A stretch of 64,000 nucleotides of DNA from an uncultured delta proteobacterium (GTDB taxonomy: Bacteria; Desulfobacterota; Binatia; Bin18). The notes below the pieces were generated by a model. It was not told where the DNA came from, made no database searches, and saw nothing but the letters and a program-made list of their open reading frames with translations. Shown in pieces: positions 1 to 10,391 of this stretch (its first letter is position 1; each line of letters begins with the position of its first letter). The stretch lies in NCBI GenBank assembly GCA_963733195.1, contig CAVTCR010000018.1, positions 1-64,000 of the forward strand, in the 5' to 3' direction. A program made the position numbers and the translations under genes.

Positions 1-177
1 TGGCGAGACTCAGGAAGTGTTGGGTGAATCACTGACCCCAGGGGAACCGTTGCAGTCATGCGATACGCTGATTGGTACCTGCCGGCTGTAAGGTCAGAAG
101 GATGCTTATTGCCATAATTCTCCTTCCTCCCCCAAAGGTTACTGGAGATCCATCGGGAGCCCAACGGGAACACTAAC

Positions 178-318
178 ATGGCCACAATTCGCCTTCTCCT
201 GGGCAATGATCACCGGCTGGTGCGCACCGGGACTCGCTCGCTCCTGGAACAGATGGCAGGGGTTGAAGTCCTTTCATGATCGCAGTAAAGTGCGGCCCCA
301 ACGTCATCCTGATTGCTC
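178..318 (+). pseudogene. NarL/LuxR-type response regulator N-terminal remnant
   Basis: ATG178 reads MATIRLLLGNDHRLVRTGTRSLLEQMAGVEVLS* (stop 277-279), like 'IRVLLADDHxLVRxG'; a downstream fragment PNVILI resembles PDVILMD. Confidence 0.55.
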
Positions 319-413
319 TTGGTTGATGGATACCCTTATCGGGGATTTAGATTGGAAGTCGGCCAGACAAGCAATCTGGCGATAGGCGCATCTAACAAGT
401 AAGAGAGGATTGT

Positions 414-530
414 ATGGATCTCGATCCAGTCATGTGGGCTGTCATCATTCTGGTGGTCACCGTGATTGCCGGTGGAGTACTGTTGTGGAGTACGAAGCCA
501 AAGAAGAAGCCTGAATATCCAAGGAAATGA
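414..530 (+). CDS. small single-TM protein (38 aa)
   Basis: MDLDPVMWAVIILVVTVIAGGVLLWSTKPKKKPEYPRK; GAGAGGA RBS upstream; hydrophobic stretch followed by basic tail. Confidence 0.5.
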   Translation: MDLDPVMWAVIILVVTVIAGGVLLWSTKPKKKPEYPRK

Positions 531-554
531 TCAGTCACCAGAATAGATAAAGAC

Positions 555-665
555 ATGGACATGACTACGATCCTCGCAATCGCGCTTGTCGGCATCATCG
601 CTGGCATTTCGCTCATAAGATTCGCACGATTCGAGAACGGAGCGCAAAAAAGTAGACATATGTAA
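555..665 (+). CDS. small single-TM protein (36 aa)
   Basis: MDMTTILAIALVGIIAGISLIRFARFENGAQKSRHM; hydrophobic N-terminus, weak RBS. Confidence 0.35.
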   Translation: MDMTTILAIALVGIIAGISLIRFARFENGAQKSRHM

Positions 666-827
666 GTACCTAACGGACGGGCAGTGTTAAGACTAAAAGC
701 CTCAACTTATCATCGTTATATATAACATACTGTTACTATAAAGTTTGAAATAAGGCTACTTTCTGTGCGGGGTACAATCTCTCCGTGCCAGAGACCTGCA
801 ATTTCAGGCTACTAAGGAGAGAGTACC

Positions 828-3215
828 ATGGCGAACGAGCAACCTCCCACACCGAGTTTTCAGGAACCCCGCAGGACTAACGAAGCACTCTACCGGCTCG
901 GGGAAAGCCTGATCAAACACCGCATCCCGGTACTCGTCCTGGTCACAATCTTTACAGCGATCATGGCGTATTTTACCTTCCAATTGCACATGTCCACCGC
1001 GTTTAACGACCTGCTGCCGTACCGCCATCCCTTCGTGCAGGTGCATTTTAAGTTTGCCGAACAGTTCGGCGGCGCCAATAACGTCAACATCATGCTCAAA
1101 GTCGAGAAGGGGGAAGTTTTTACCAAAGAAATACTCAAGAAGATTTTCGACATGACCCAGGCAGTCGATCGCGTGTTTGGAGTGAATCATGACCAGATCG
1201 CCTCGATCGGACACCGCACGACACGCTATCTCACGGTGTTAGGGGGAACAATCGCAACGCCGCCGGTTATGCGCCGCCCGCCGAAGACTGATGAGGAAGT
1301 CGAGGAGATCAAAAAGATTTGCTACAACACCGAGTCAATTTACGGTCAGCTCGTTTCGCTCGATGGGAAAGCCTTGCTCATCAAGGCAAATTTTATTGAA
1401 GGGCGAATCGACTACCGACGTATATTTGATGAGATCCAACGGACGGTCGTCGAACCGTTCTCCACCAACGAACATACCATATGGATCGCTGGCGAGCCGC
1501 AACTGTACGGTTGGATTTACCGCTATGCCAACGAGGTCTACAGCGTTTTCATTGCCGCAACCCTCATTGCCTGGCTCCTGCTGTATTTCTATTTCCGAGA
1601 TTGGCGTGGGGCGTTACGTCCGACGATTACCGGAGTCATCTCCTCGTTCTGGGGACTGGGGATGCAATCCTTGATGGGATTTGCCATGGATCCCTTGACC
1701 TTGGTAATCCCGTTCTTTGTCACTGCGCGTGCAGTGAGCCACTCCGTGCAAATGCACGAACGGTACTATGACGAATACAAGAAGTGGAACTGGAACAAAG
1801 AGAAGGCGATCGTTGCCTCTTTTGCGGAATTGTTTGTGCCCACAAGCAGTGGCATCATTACCGATGCCCTCGGTATGTTAGTCATTATCGTGGTCCCGGT
1901 AGTGATTCTGCAAAATATTGCCATCTCGGCGTCGGTGTGGGTAACTTCGGTCGCGATCAGCGAACTGCTGTTGAACCCAATTATCTACTACTATCTCAAG
2001 GCCCCTGAAAAGGAGAATGTGATCAACCGGTTGCAAGGCCCCTTCCAGAAGTTTATCGAACGCTGCGCGGATTGGCTCGTGGAGAAACGGAATGCGCAGA
2101 TGGTTGTTGCCTTTTGGGTGATTGCGTTCCTCATTGCACTCACGCAAGTACGTCATCTCACGATTGGAGATCCTACGGCAGCAACGCCGCTGCTGCGGGA
2201 GGACTCCCCCTACAATCTGGCGCACCTGGAGATTCAGAAGTTCTTTGGCGGTGTCGAGCCCCTCATCGTGGTTGTTGAGGGACGAGACAAAGATGTCTTA
2301 AAGGACCCCGCTCTTCTCCGCACGATGGAGAAATTCCAACGCCATCTGGAGCGGGACCCGGATATTGGCTATAGCTTTTCCTTGGCTGATATTGTGTCGT
2401 CGATCAACATGACCTTCTATGACCTGCAACCGCGATGGTCCATCATTCCTCACGAAACCCCGAAGGTAAGCTCGCTGTTCTTCTATTACTTCGCTGGTGC
2501 GCCGCCGGGCGAAACCTCTCGCTTCCTTGATCCAAGCTACACAACGTCCCATGTGACATTCTACGCCCGTAACCATCAAGGAGATAATGTAGCCCGCATG
2601 ATTGCAGGAGCGCGGCAGTTCGTGGCCGAGAATCCGATGGCCAAGGCGGACTTTCGCCTCGCCGGTGGACTGATTGGTGTGACCGGAGCGGCCAATGAGG
2701 AAATTCTCAAAAACGACCTCCTGATGCAAGTGCTCGGCTTTGGCACCATGTTCATCATCATCATGTTCACTTACCGTTCGGCAGTGGCCGCGTTGGTGAT
2801 GATGGTAGCGATGTTCTTGGCCAACGGGATCGTTAATGCCTATATGGGGTATCGCAACATCGGTATCAATCTGCAATCGTTGCCGATCGTCACCGTGGGT
2901 CTTGGGTTCGGGATTGACTACGGGGTGTATCTCGTCAGCCGGGCAGTGGAAGAATACCGAGGAGATATCAAAGAAGCCATGCGGATTGGTATTGCGACTG
3001 CCGGCAAGGCGGTAACGTTCACTGCCTTGACGTTATCGCTGGGCGCGGCCTGTTGGATATTTTCCAACATTCGCTTCTGTTCGGAGATGGGACTCTTGCT
3101 GGCATTGTGGATGATGATCAGTTGGCTCGGCTCCTGCACGCTCGTGCCGGCGATTATTGTCCTGGCGAAACCCAAGTTCTTCCTCCGTGCCGTAGAAGAA
3201 GGGATCGTCGGCTAG
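828..3215 (+). CDS. MMPL/RND family transporter permease
   Basis: 795 aa, two-fold repeat of TM + large loop + TM bundle, GFGIDYGVY motif, AAGGAG RBS. Confidence 0.9.
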   Translation: MANEQPPTPSFQEPRRTNEALYRLGESLIKHRIPVLVLVTIFTAIMAYFTFQLHMSTAFNDLLPYRHPFVQVHFKFAEQFGGANNVNIMLKVEKGEVFTKEILKKIFDMTQAVDRVFGVNHDQIASIGHRTTRYLTVLGGTIATPPVMRRPPKTDEEVEEIKKICYNTESIYGQLVSLDGKALLIKANFIEGRIDYRRIFDEIQRTVVEPFSTNEHTIWIAGEPQLYGWIYRYANEVYSVFIAATLIAWLLLYFYFRDWRGALRPTITGVISSFWGLGMQSLMGFAMDPLTLVIPFFVTARAVSHSVQMHERYYDEYKKWNWNKEKAIVASFAELFVPTSSGIITDALGMLVIIVVPVVILQNIAISASVWVTSVAISELLLNPIIYYYLKAPEKENVINRLQGPFQKFIERCADWLVEKRNAQMVVAFWVIAFLIALTQVRHLTIGDPTAATPLLREDSPYNLAHLEIQKFFGGVEPLIVVVEGRDKDVLKDPALLRTMEKFQRHLERDPDIGYSFSLADIVSSINMTFYDLQPRWSIIPHETPKVSSLFFYYFAGAPPGETSRFLDPSYTTSHVTFYARNHQGDNVARMIAGARQFVAENPMAKADFRLAGGLIGVTGAANEEILKNDLLMQVLGFGTMFIIIMFTYRSAVAALVMMVAMFLANGIVNAYMGYRNIGINLQSLPIVTVGLGFGIDYGVYLVSRAVEEYRGDIKEAMRIGIATAGKAVTFTALTLSLGAACWIFSNIRFCSEMGLLLALWMMISWLGSCTLVPAIIVLAKPKFFLRAVEEGIVG

Positions 3216-3406
3216 AGTAGTATCCAGGGTTTTCCGAGAGGTTGCTGCACCCTCTTCTGTCCGACGGTGCGGCAACCTATGTCTGAGGTAAACTCAAACG
3301 ATGTGAGGTCGCAACGGCACGAACCACTCCGAGTTGAAATGTTGCTAAATCTCGCGTGACATCGTACCATCCCGTTTGCCCGAATTTCACCGATGAGGAG
3401 GTCCAG

Positions 3407-4582
3407 ATGGCAATAACCGTGCTCTATGGAGACCGTTCGCCATCAGCAACCAACGCGAGTGCTGATGGGAACAACCTGTGGCTGTCGCTCACAGAACTGC
3501 ATAACGCCACCGGCTGGGAACTCAAGCCGCAAGGTGCATGTCTCGATGATGTGTGCGTACCGATCCCTATTGGTCGTGAGGCTGAGTTCATACGCTCCAG
3601 CGGTAAGGAGTTTAATCTCGCTGCCCTCGCTCACTTACAAGGTCAACCCGTCGTTCATGACGATACTCATAACGTGTGGTTCTTTGGTGAAACAGGAAAC
3701 ACACGTAATAACGCCCTGACGTCCCTGCAAGCGCCGGATTTTACGCTACCGGACCTCGACGGAGGACAGCACTCCTTGTCACAGTACCATGGCAAGAAGA
3801 TCGTGCTCATGTCCTGGGCCTCATGGTGAGGCTGCCGCTTTGATTTGCCCGTGTGGCAGAGTCTCTACCAAGAACTAAAAGACAAAAATTTTCTCGTTAT
3901 TTCTGTTGCTTTCGATACCGGCGGCGTCTCTGCCGTCAAAGATTGGATTCGCCCCGCCGAGCCAGTGCAATTACCAAAAGAATTGCTCGAACATTATGGG
4001 CTGGGACGAGTCCCTCACCAGTCGTGCAGCGAACCCCTACCTACCCCTGCCTCATTGATGAGAAGCATATCGTCGCCGAACTGTACGGTATGGTGAATGT
4101 TCCCCAAGCGGTGTGGATCAACGAACAAGGTCGCATCGTCCGACCTAGCAGAATCAGCTGGATCGAGTGACGGTTTCCGCACGATGGATCGTACCACTTG
4201 GCAGATGGCCCCTGACGTTGCGGCGGAAGGGAAACGTATCCGCACACGCTATGTTGACGCGATCCGAGATTGGGTGGCAAAAGGTGACGCGAGCCAGTAC
4301 GCGCTCTCTCCAGAGGAAGCGCGCAAACGCATGCGTGGACCGACCAACAATGATGCCCTCGCAGCAGCCAATTTCCGACTTGGCCAGTACCTGTTCTCGC
4401 AAGGTCACCAACAGGATGCCCGTCGTTACTTTCTCGAGGCGAAACGGTTACGCCCGGAGAGTTGGAACTTCATCCGCCAGGAATTGGAACTGCAAGGGGT
4501 CGGAAATGCATCAGGCCCTGAATTCTGGACTCAGGTCGATGCGTTAGGGGAGAAAGCCTACTATCCGCAGGCCAAGCTCTAA
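3407..4582 (+). CDS. thioredoxin-fold (AhpC/TSA-TlpA-like) putative selenoprotein with C-terminal TPR-like region; UGA at 3827-3829 plus two apparent indels (~4000-4040, ~4145)
   Basis: APDFTLPDLDG..SLSQYHGKKIVLMSWASW-UGA-GCRFDLPVWQ continues in frame; later frames give YPCLIDEKHIVAELYGMVNVP and ANFRLGQYL..PESWNF; GAGGAGG RBS before ATG3407. Confidence 0.8.
3830..3865 (+). promoter_or_regulatory. putative bacterial SECIS element
   Basis: stem CTGCCGC(3832-3838)/GTGGCAG(3853-3859) immediately 3' of the in-frame UGA. Confidence 0.55.
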
Positions 4583-4589
4583 CGTCAGA

Positions 4590-5066
4590 TTATATCGTTA
4601 CGTGCTGCGGGAACCCAGGGACGAGTATCGACTGCTCGATCCGTCCCGCAGCAGTGTAGAAATGAATGTCGCCGTCAGCCTTACAAATCCAGACTTCCTG
4701 CGCCCCTCGGTCAAAATAGAGCGCTCGTTTCTCTTCGATCTCGTCATCCGTATTACTAAGTGAAAGCACTTCGACACATATCTCGGGGGCGATTGAACAT
4801 TCGGTTTCATCTTTAATTTGCTGGAATCGTTCTTCTGAAGCCCAGGCTACGTCTGCTACTTTCGTTCCTTTCGCAGTGGAAATTGCACATTCCGCCAAGA
4901 CTTTGCCATCATTCCGCAGAGATCGCAACAAAAATCCGATCTCCCCTTGATAGGCAGAGTGATACACCTTTACTGGAGCCATAACGATTTCCCCTCTTTC
5001 GTTGGTTTCGATCTTAAAGGGCAAATCTTGTAGGCTTGGATGTTCACAGACTTCTTGCCAGTTCAT
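4590..5066 (-). CDS. Uma2/DUF820 family PD-(D/E)XK putative endonuclease
   Basis: GEIVMAP, VADVAW, APEICVEVLS, KRALYF..GAQEVW motifs. Confidence 0.85.
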   Translation of the reverse strand: MNWQEVCEHPSLQDLPFKIETNERGEIVMAPVKVYHSAYQGEIGFLLRSLRNDGKVLAECAISTAKGTKVADVAWASEERFQQIKDETECSIAPEICVEVLSLSNTDDEIEEKRALYFDRGAQEVWICKADGDIHFYTAAGRIEQSILVPGFPQHVTI

Positions 5067-5069
5067 ACT

Positions 5070-5846
5070 TCACTCCAGTCCCGTGTAATCAAACTCCATT
5101 GGTGTAATGTCACCCGCATCGATCGCACGAATCCGACTCTCTGATAACGGATAACTGAACTGCTCGTTACGCATGTGAATGCGTTGCAGCAGGATCTTCT
5201 TGGTCATATCCGCTATTTCGTCCCACTCGGCAGACGCTAACTCTTGTTTCGCCAGGCCGATAAAGCCGTCACGCATGTGACCGATTTCGTCGTCGTAGAC
5301 ATGTTTACAGGCATTGGCGATGCGATCGTTCAATTCGCTACTACCGCCGAGACGCATCCCAGTCGTATACATACTGCAATAGCCGCCTTCAGTGAAACGG
5401 ACAGCAAAGAAGCCAAGCTTGCCGCGTTTCTCTCGATACTCGTAGCGAATGCGCGCGAGTTCGTTATCCGACTCCCACGCGGTGAGTTTTTCTGGGTTGA
5501 GTTTCTCTCCACTGAGCGAATCATAGATGTCAGCAAACAAACAGTAATGAAAGAACTCCGCTCGCAGGCCGTCAATCACATCCAACACTTCGTGACGGTC
5601 AACGCTACGGTCGATCTTGTGAAACACATCGCTGAGATAGGCAACCGGTCCTTGGAACAGGCCTTTATTCTTATCGCCGACACCGGAGCCCCAAATTTCT
5701 TTGAAACATTGGCGTCGCAGCCAAAGCAAATCTTTTTCCTTCGTCCGCTGTGGACTCTGGAAATACGACCACACCACTTCTGCCTCCCCGGCCCAGTACG
5801 GGGCGGCGAGATCAACAAGACGTTTGAGGTTGGGGTTCACGGGCAT
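5070..5846 (-). CDS. ferritin-like (di-iron four-helix) protein
   Basis: two E..ExxH units: KEIW/EFFH and TEGG/DEIGH. Confidence 0.65.
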   Translation of the reverse strand: MPVNPNLKRLVDLAAPYWAGEAEVVWSYFQSPQRTKEKDLLWLRRQCFKEIWGSGVGDKNKGLFQGPVAYLSDVFHKIDRSVDRHEVLDVIDGLRAEFFHYCLFADIYDSLSGEKLNPEKLTAWESDNELARIRYEYREKRGKLGFFAVRFTEGGYCSMYTTGMRLGGSSELNDRIANACKHVYDDEIGHMRDGFIGLAKQELASAEWDEIADMTKKILLQRIHMRNEQFSYPLSESRIRAIDAGDITPMEFDYTGLE

Positions 5847-5876
5847 AACAAGGCTCCCGGAAACGATGATGCGTTC

Positions 5877-6691
5877 TTAGAGGGCGTCAAAAAAGGCTAC
5901 TTGCGTGCCAAACGTGCGCACCAGGACGTTAATCATGGCGACATGAATCAGGGTCTCGCTGGTTTGCGTGTGGAATTCATAGTCCTTGCTCAACCGGCGA
6001 TAGCGGCTCAACCACGCGAAGGTGCGTTCGACTACCCACCGTTTGGGTAAGAGCACGAAGCCTTTGGTGCTCTCGGGGCGTGAGACAATCTCTAAGCGCA
6101 GTTTGCGCGAGACGCGTAACTGGCGCACCGAGGTCACGAGCTGTCCCGCATAGCCGCTATCGGCCCAAATGCAGCGCAGCCGCGAGAACTTATGCCGCAG
6201 GCGCTCCAAGACCAGCTTGGCCCCGTCCCGATCCTCGATATTGGCGGCATGGACCACCACGGCGAGCACCAGCCCTAGCGTATCCACTAAGATATGGCGC
6301 TTGCGCCCCTTAATATGCTTGCCCGCATCATAGCCACAGACCCCCCTTTCGGTCGTTTTGACCGTTTGACTATCGAGACTGCCCGCACTCGGTTGCCGCT
6401 GCCGCCCTTCCGCTTGGCGCAGATCCCCGCGCAACGTGTCATGGATCTTCTCCCAGATGCCCGCTTTGCGCCATCGCCAGAAATAATAGTAGACAATCCG
6501 CCACGGGGGGAAATCATGCGGTAACAACCGCCACGCACAGCCGGTGCGTAAGAGATAGAAAATCGCATTGACGATCTCCCGCCGGGGATAGGTAATGGGG
6601 CGCCGCCAGGTTTGGCGGCAGGCACCAGCGGGTCGAGCCGCTGCCATTCTTTCTCCGTCACATCCGAGGGATAGCCTTGGCGTGTGTTCAT
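5877..6691 (-). CDS. IS5 family DDE transposase (frameshift near 6600)
   Basis: [68 protein letters not shown]. Confidence 0.9.
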
Positions 6692-6735
6692 GCCTACTCA
6701 TATCGACCTTCACCTCCCGCTTTTTAGACACCCTC
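5880..6735 (-). mobile_element. IS5 family (IS1031-type) insertion sequence, 856 bp
   Basis: terminal IRs GAGGGCGTCAAAAAAG / GAGGGTGTCTAAAAAG(rc); TTA direct repeat at 5877-5879 and 6736-6738. Confidence 0.9.
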
Positions 6736-6837
6736 TTAGCTTTAAGCTAAGGAGAGTTGAGGAGTGTTAGAGTTACATATCTTTACGTATTACTTTTGAA
6801 CTTCAAAAAATGGAGCTACTTATCTTTACGTCCTACA

Positions 6838-7536
6838 TTACTTAGTTCTATCAAATTGGTCCCCCAGTTCACAAATCCCCTGATAAAACAGCCTGAGGGC
6901 GTGGAACGCGAGTTTCATCCCGTCGAGAATCTCTTGTCGCGTTCGTTCGTCGTGGACATGCCGCGTGATCGGTTCCCAAACCTTTCGGCCTGCATGCTCG
7001 TCATCGGCTTTGGTATGGTACGAGAAGAAAAAGACTTGCTCGTCATTAAGATTGAACGTGCGTTTCCAGACTTCGGCTTGGAAATTATGCTTCGGCATGG
7101 TGGAGATGATGAACTCATCATTTGACGTGGCAAGCCAGCCTGCAATCCAATGACGCGTGCGGGCAATGTTCTCCCAGACGTTAAACGCCACTTCGACTAA
7201 CGGCACTGGCTTTACGGTATTCATCTGCTCGTCAGTAAGGCCGATGTTGCGGCCCATCTGCCATAAAATACCCGTATGAGGTTGCGCGATCTTGTCATCA
7301 AAGACCAGCTCTTCCCGCATCTGCCCAATCGTCTTACGAACCACCGCAAGGTCCGGGCAACGACTCATCCACGCTGGTCGCATGACCGAGCTGAGCAGCC
7401 GGTTGCGCGGGATATGTTGGAGTAGATACGCTTTGCCGCGTCCGCGGGTTAGTGGTTCATTGAGCCACGGCACTTCAGCGGCAAATTTCAGGGAATAATC
7501 GCAGATTTCGTCGATAATAGAGGTATTGTCGAGCAT
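6838..7536 (-). CDS. heme-oxygenase-like di-iron protein (PqqC/CADD/TenA fold)
   Basis: REE...H, DE and FFSYHTKADDEH (HxxxDxxH) ligand pattern. Confidence 0.7.
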   Translation of the reverse strand: MLDNTSIIDEICDYSLKFAAEVPWLNEPLTRGRGKAYLLQHIPRNRLLSSVMRPAWMSRCPDLAVVRKTIGQMREELVFDDKIAQPHTGILWQMGRNIGLTDEQMNTVKPVPLVEVAFNVWENIARTRHWIAGWLATSNDEFIISTMPKHNFQAEVWKRTFNLNDEQVFFFSYHTKADDEHAGRKVWEPITRHVHDERTRQEILDGMKLAFHALRLFYQGICELGDQFDRTK

Positions 7537-7553
7537 AGGACTTTCTCTCAACT

Positions 7554-7628
7554 GGGGTCGGGGGCCAGGGGTTAGGGGTCAGTAGAGAGAAAAATTCAAC
7601 CGATCCCTGGCCCCTGACACCCAACCCC
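7554..7628. repeat. heptamer tandem-repeat palindrome (GGGGYYR x4, inverted x4)
   Basis: GGGGTCG GGGGCCA GGGGTTA GGGGTCA ... CGATCCC TGGCCCC TGACACC CAACCCC. Confidence 0.85.
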
Positions 7629-7630
7629 TA

Positions 7631-8542
7631 CTAAACAATCGGATCGTATGGAAATACATCCGTCGTCACATCGAGTTTGTAAAAGGAGCCTTTGAACGCC
7701 TGCGGAATCACTTCCGCCACTTTCTCCGGGGTCCAGCCTTCCATGTCAGCCACCTGACGAATCGGTCGAGGCTGGGAGAAGAGAATGATCTCCTTGGCAC
7801 GGACGCCAAAGATCTGACCATTCACTTCCTGTGCAGCGTCACTGGCTAAAAACGTTACCAGTGGCGCGATCATGCCAGGGTCCATTTTCTTGAGTTTCTC
7901 GACTCGTCGCTTTTGCACTTCAGTCTCAGTAGGAATCGTACCGATCATGCGGGTCCACGCAAACGGCGCAATGCAATTCGCCGTCGCTCCATAGCGACCA
8001 AGATCAAGCGCCGTTGCTTTAGTAAGCCCGACAATACCCATTTTCGCCGCAGCATAGTTCGCCTGGCCGTAGTTGCCGATCAGCCCGGAAGTCGAGGTGA
8101 TGTTGATGATACGGCCGCTTTTCTGTTGGCGCATGTGTGGTGCTGCTGCGCGCGTACAGGCAAACGAACCTTTGAGATGGACGTTAATGACCGCATCCCA
8201 ATCTTCTTCACTCATGTTGAAGATCATACGGTCACGAAGAATACCCGCGTTGTTCACCACGATATCGATGCGTCCGAACTTTTCTAACGCCGTGCCAACG
8301 ATCTTTTCGCCACCAGCCAAGCTGGCTACGGAGTCATAGTTTGTAGCTGCGGTGCCTCCAGCAGCCGTGATTTCGGCAACTACTTTATCAGCAGGTGTCG
8401 CATCCCGCCCTTCGCCAGCAGAACTGCCGCCAATATCGTTAACTACGACTTTCGCCCCTTCTTTCGCAAGCAGTAGAGCGATACCGCGACCGATCCCTCC
8501 ACCGGCACCAGTCACCACTGCAACTTTGTCTTTGAGCATCAT
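7631..8542 (-). CDS. SDR oxidoreductase (MFE-2/3-hydroxyacyl-CoA dehydrogenase-like)
   Basis: TGAGGGIG, NNAGILRD, YAAAK motifs. Confidence 0.9.
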   Translation of the reverse strand: MMLKDKVAVVTGAGGGIGRGIALLLAKEGAKVVVNDIGGSSAGEGRDATPADKVVAEITAAGGTAATNYDSVASLAGGEKIVGTALEKFGRIDIVVNNAGILRDRMIFNMSEEDWDAVINVHLKGSFACTRAAAPHMRQQKSGRIINITSTSGLIGNYGQANYAAAKMGIVGLTKATALDLGRYGATANCIAPFAWTRMIGTIPTETEVQKRRVEKLKKMDPGMIAPLVTFLASDAAQEVNGQIFGVRAKEIILFSQPRPIRQVADMEGWTPEKVAEVIPQAFKGSFYKLDVTTDVFPYDPIV

Positions 8543-8555
8543 GGTTTAGTCCTTC

Positions 8556-8648
8556 GGCAGGCACAGCCTGCCCTACGATCCATTTCCCCTTTTCCCCGCT
8601 TCCCCTTTTCCCCACTTTTATCCCTGGAGCCTCCAGCCTATAGCCTCA
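8556..8648. repeat. REP-like hairpin plus 8-mer and 7-mer tandem repeats
   Basis: GGCAGGC-ACA-GCCTGCC-CTAC; TTCCCCNN x4; GAGCCTC CAGCCTA TAGCCTC. Confidence 0.6.
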
Positions 8649-8650
8649 CT

Positions 8651-8857
8651 TTATTTTCTTTCCTCAAGCGTCAACGCTCCTGATGGACACTGCCGGATCG
8701 TCTGTTTGATTGCTTCTATGTTTGCTCCATCTACATTGATCCATGGGTCGCTGTTCACATTGAACACCTGCGGCAAGCCTTGGACGCACTTTCCGGCATG
8801 GATGCAAATTTTTTCGTCGTAACGAACGGTGATTTTATCGTTGCTATACTCTTGCAT
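8651..8857 (-). CDS. small divergent 4Fe-4S (YjdI-like) protein
   Basis: CIHAGKC...PWI...CPSGAL; AGGAG RBS. Confidence 0.85.
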   Translation of the reverse strand: MQEYSNDKITVRYDEKICIHAGKCVQGLPQVFNVNSDPWINVDGANIEAIKQTIRQCPSGALTLEERK

Positions 8858-9005
8858 GGCGTTCTCCTGTCTGTGGCCGGTTCCCAGCTCTTCACATCCA
8901 GCTCTCAATGAGCGACAGTATCCTACGCTGTGCACATGTACTATCCGTTTCGTCTTTTTCCCCTGTTCTGTCTTTGGGATCTTCAGCCTGAGGCCTAAAG
9001 CCTGT

Positions 9006-10172
9006 TTATGGTTGTCCAAGCACCGCCACACACGACACCGCGCCCGGACCGCCAACATTATGTACGAGTCCCATCTTCGGATCTTTCACTTGCCGTTGCC
9101 CACCTTGGCCGCGTAGTTGCGTCACGATCTCATACACCATGCGCACACCACTGGCACCAATCGGATGACCAAAGGATTTAAGTCCACCACTCGGGTTCAC
9201 CGGAATATCACCAGTGAGTGCAGTCCGTCCCTCTTCGATGAGTTTCGCGCCCTCACCCTTCTTGGCAAAGCCGAGATCCTCATAGTTAGTGATCTCTGTC
9301 CAGGTGAAGCAATCGTGCACTTCAGCCACGTTGATTTCCTTGAGTGGATCTTTGATCCCGGCCATCGCATAGGCTTGCGCTGCCGCATGCTGCGTCGCTG
9401 TGAATCCAAGATAGTCAAAGTTCGGGTCCATAAACGGACGACCACTGGTCACTGACAGGCCCACACCTTTCACCAGGATGTAATCGTTGCGATACTTCTT
9501 GGCGAGATCAGCGCGGCAAACGATGGCCGCTGCGGCACCATCAGTCGTTGGGCAACAGTCATAAAGACCAAACGGATAAGCAACAATGGGCGCAGTCAAC
9601 ACTTCTTCTGGAGTAACTTTTTTCTGCAAGTGGGCCTTCGGATTGAGAGAACCGTTATAGTGATTCTTGACCGAAACTTTAGCAAGCGTCTCACGTGTCA
9701 GACCATACGTATGCATGTAGCGAGTAGCAGCCAAGGCAAAAAGGCCCGGAGCAGTCGAGCCGTCGTTATGATACGGGTGCACGCCTTCACGCGCTAAGCC
9801 ACGTCCTGGCCGATCTTTATACTTCTCGACCCCAAGCACTAACGCAGTATCATAGATGCCAGAGGCAACAGCTAACACTGCGTGACGGAAGGCATCGGTC
9901 CCGGTGGCACAGAAGTTCTCAACTCGTGAGATTGGTTTGTTGTACAACCGTAGCGCATCACCGAGTGAGACAGCTGCCTTGCCATGTCCTTGGGCTGGGG
10001 AATACGTGCCAAGCCAGGCAGCGTCAATTTCATCCGGGCTAATCTTTGCATCATTAAACGCAGCAAATGCCGCTTCAACGGCCATTTCTTCGTAACCTTG
10101 ATCAAAGTTATCTCCGAACTTGATACATCCAACACCAATGACAGCGACCTGGTCTTTAATTGAATTCGGCAT
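9006..10172 (-). CDS. thiolase, SCP-x/SCP2-type
   Basis: VENFCATG, DCCPTTDGAAA, EVHDCF, NPSGGL..GHPIGASG. Confidence 0.9.
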   Translation of the reverse strand: MPNSIKDQVAVIGVGCIKFGDNFDQGYEEMAVEAAFAAFNDAKISPDEIDAAWLGTYSPAQGHGKAAVSLGDALRLYNKPISRVENFCATGTDAFRHAVLAVASGIYDTALVLGVEKYKDRPGRGLAREGVHPYHNDGSTAPGLFALAATRYMHTYGLTRETLAKVSVKNHYNGSLNPKAHLQKKVTPEEVLTAPIVAYPFGLYDCCPTTDGAAAAIVCRADLAKKYRNDYILVKGVGLSVTSGRPFMDPNFDYLGFTATQHAAAQAYAMAGIKDPLKEINVAEVHDCFTWTEITNYEDLGFAKKGEGAKLIEEGRTALTGDIPVNPSGGLKSFGHPIGASGVRMVYEIVTQLRGQGGQRQVKDPKMGLVHNVGGPGAVSCVAVLGQP

Positions 10173-10391
10173 GGCGGCTTCCCTCCCAATGAACGTTCGT
10201 TATATAGAAACACCCCCTGTGTGATGCTCCCTGGGACAACGGACACGGAGTGTGTATCGGGGACTATACGACGTTGATCCAGGAAGGATCAAGCACCTAA
10301 TTCTTTGAAAGGATCAAGACCATTTGACCCTGTACCTTGCCTTGACCCGCCCGTTATTCGCGATACGATAATTTCTCTTGGAGGTAGAACG

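Noticed and set aside
4590-5066. Uma2 nuclease as an anti-phage system
   Set aside because: Uma2 genes are common and multicopy; no defence partners adjacent
6838-7536. pqqC assignment
   Set aside because: Only the fold-level ligand pattern is recognisable and no pqqA/B/D/E genes are nearby
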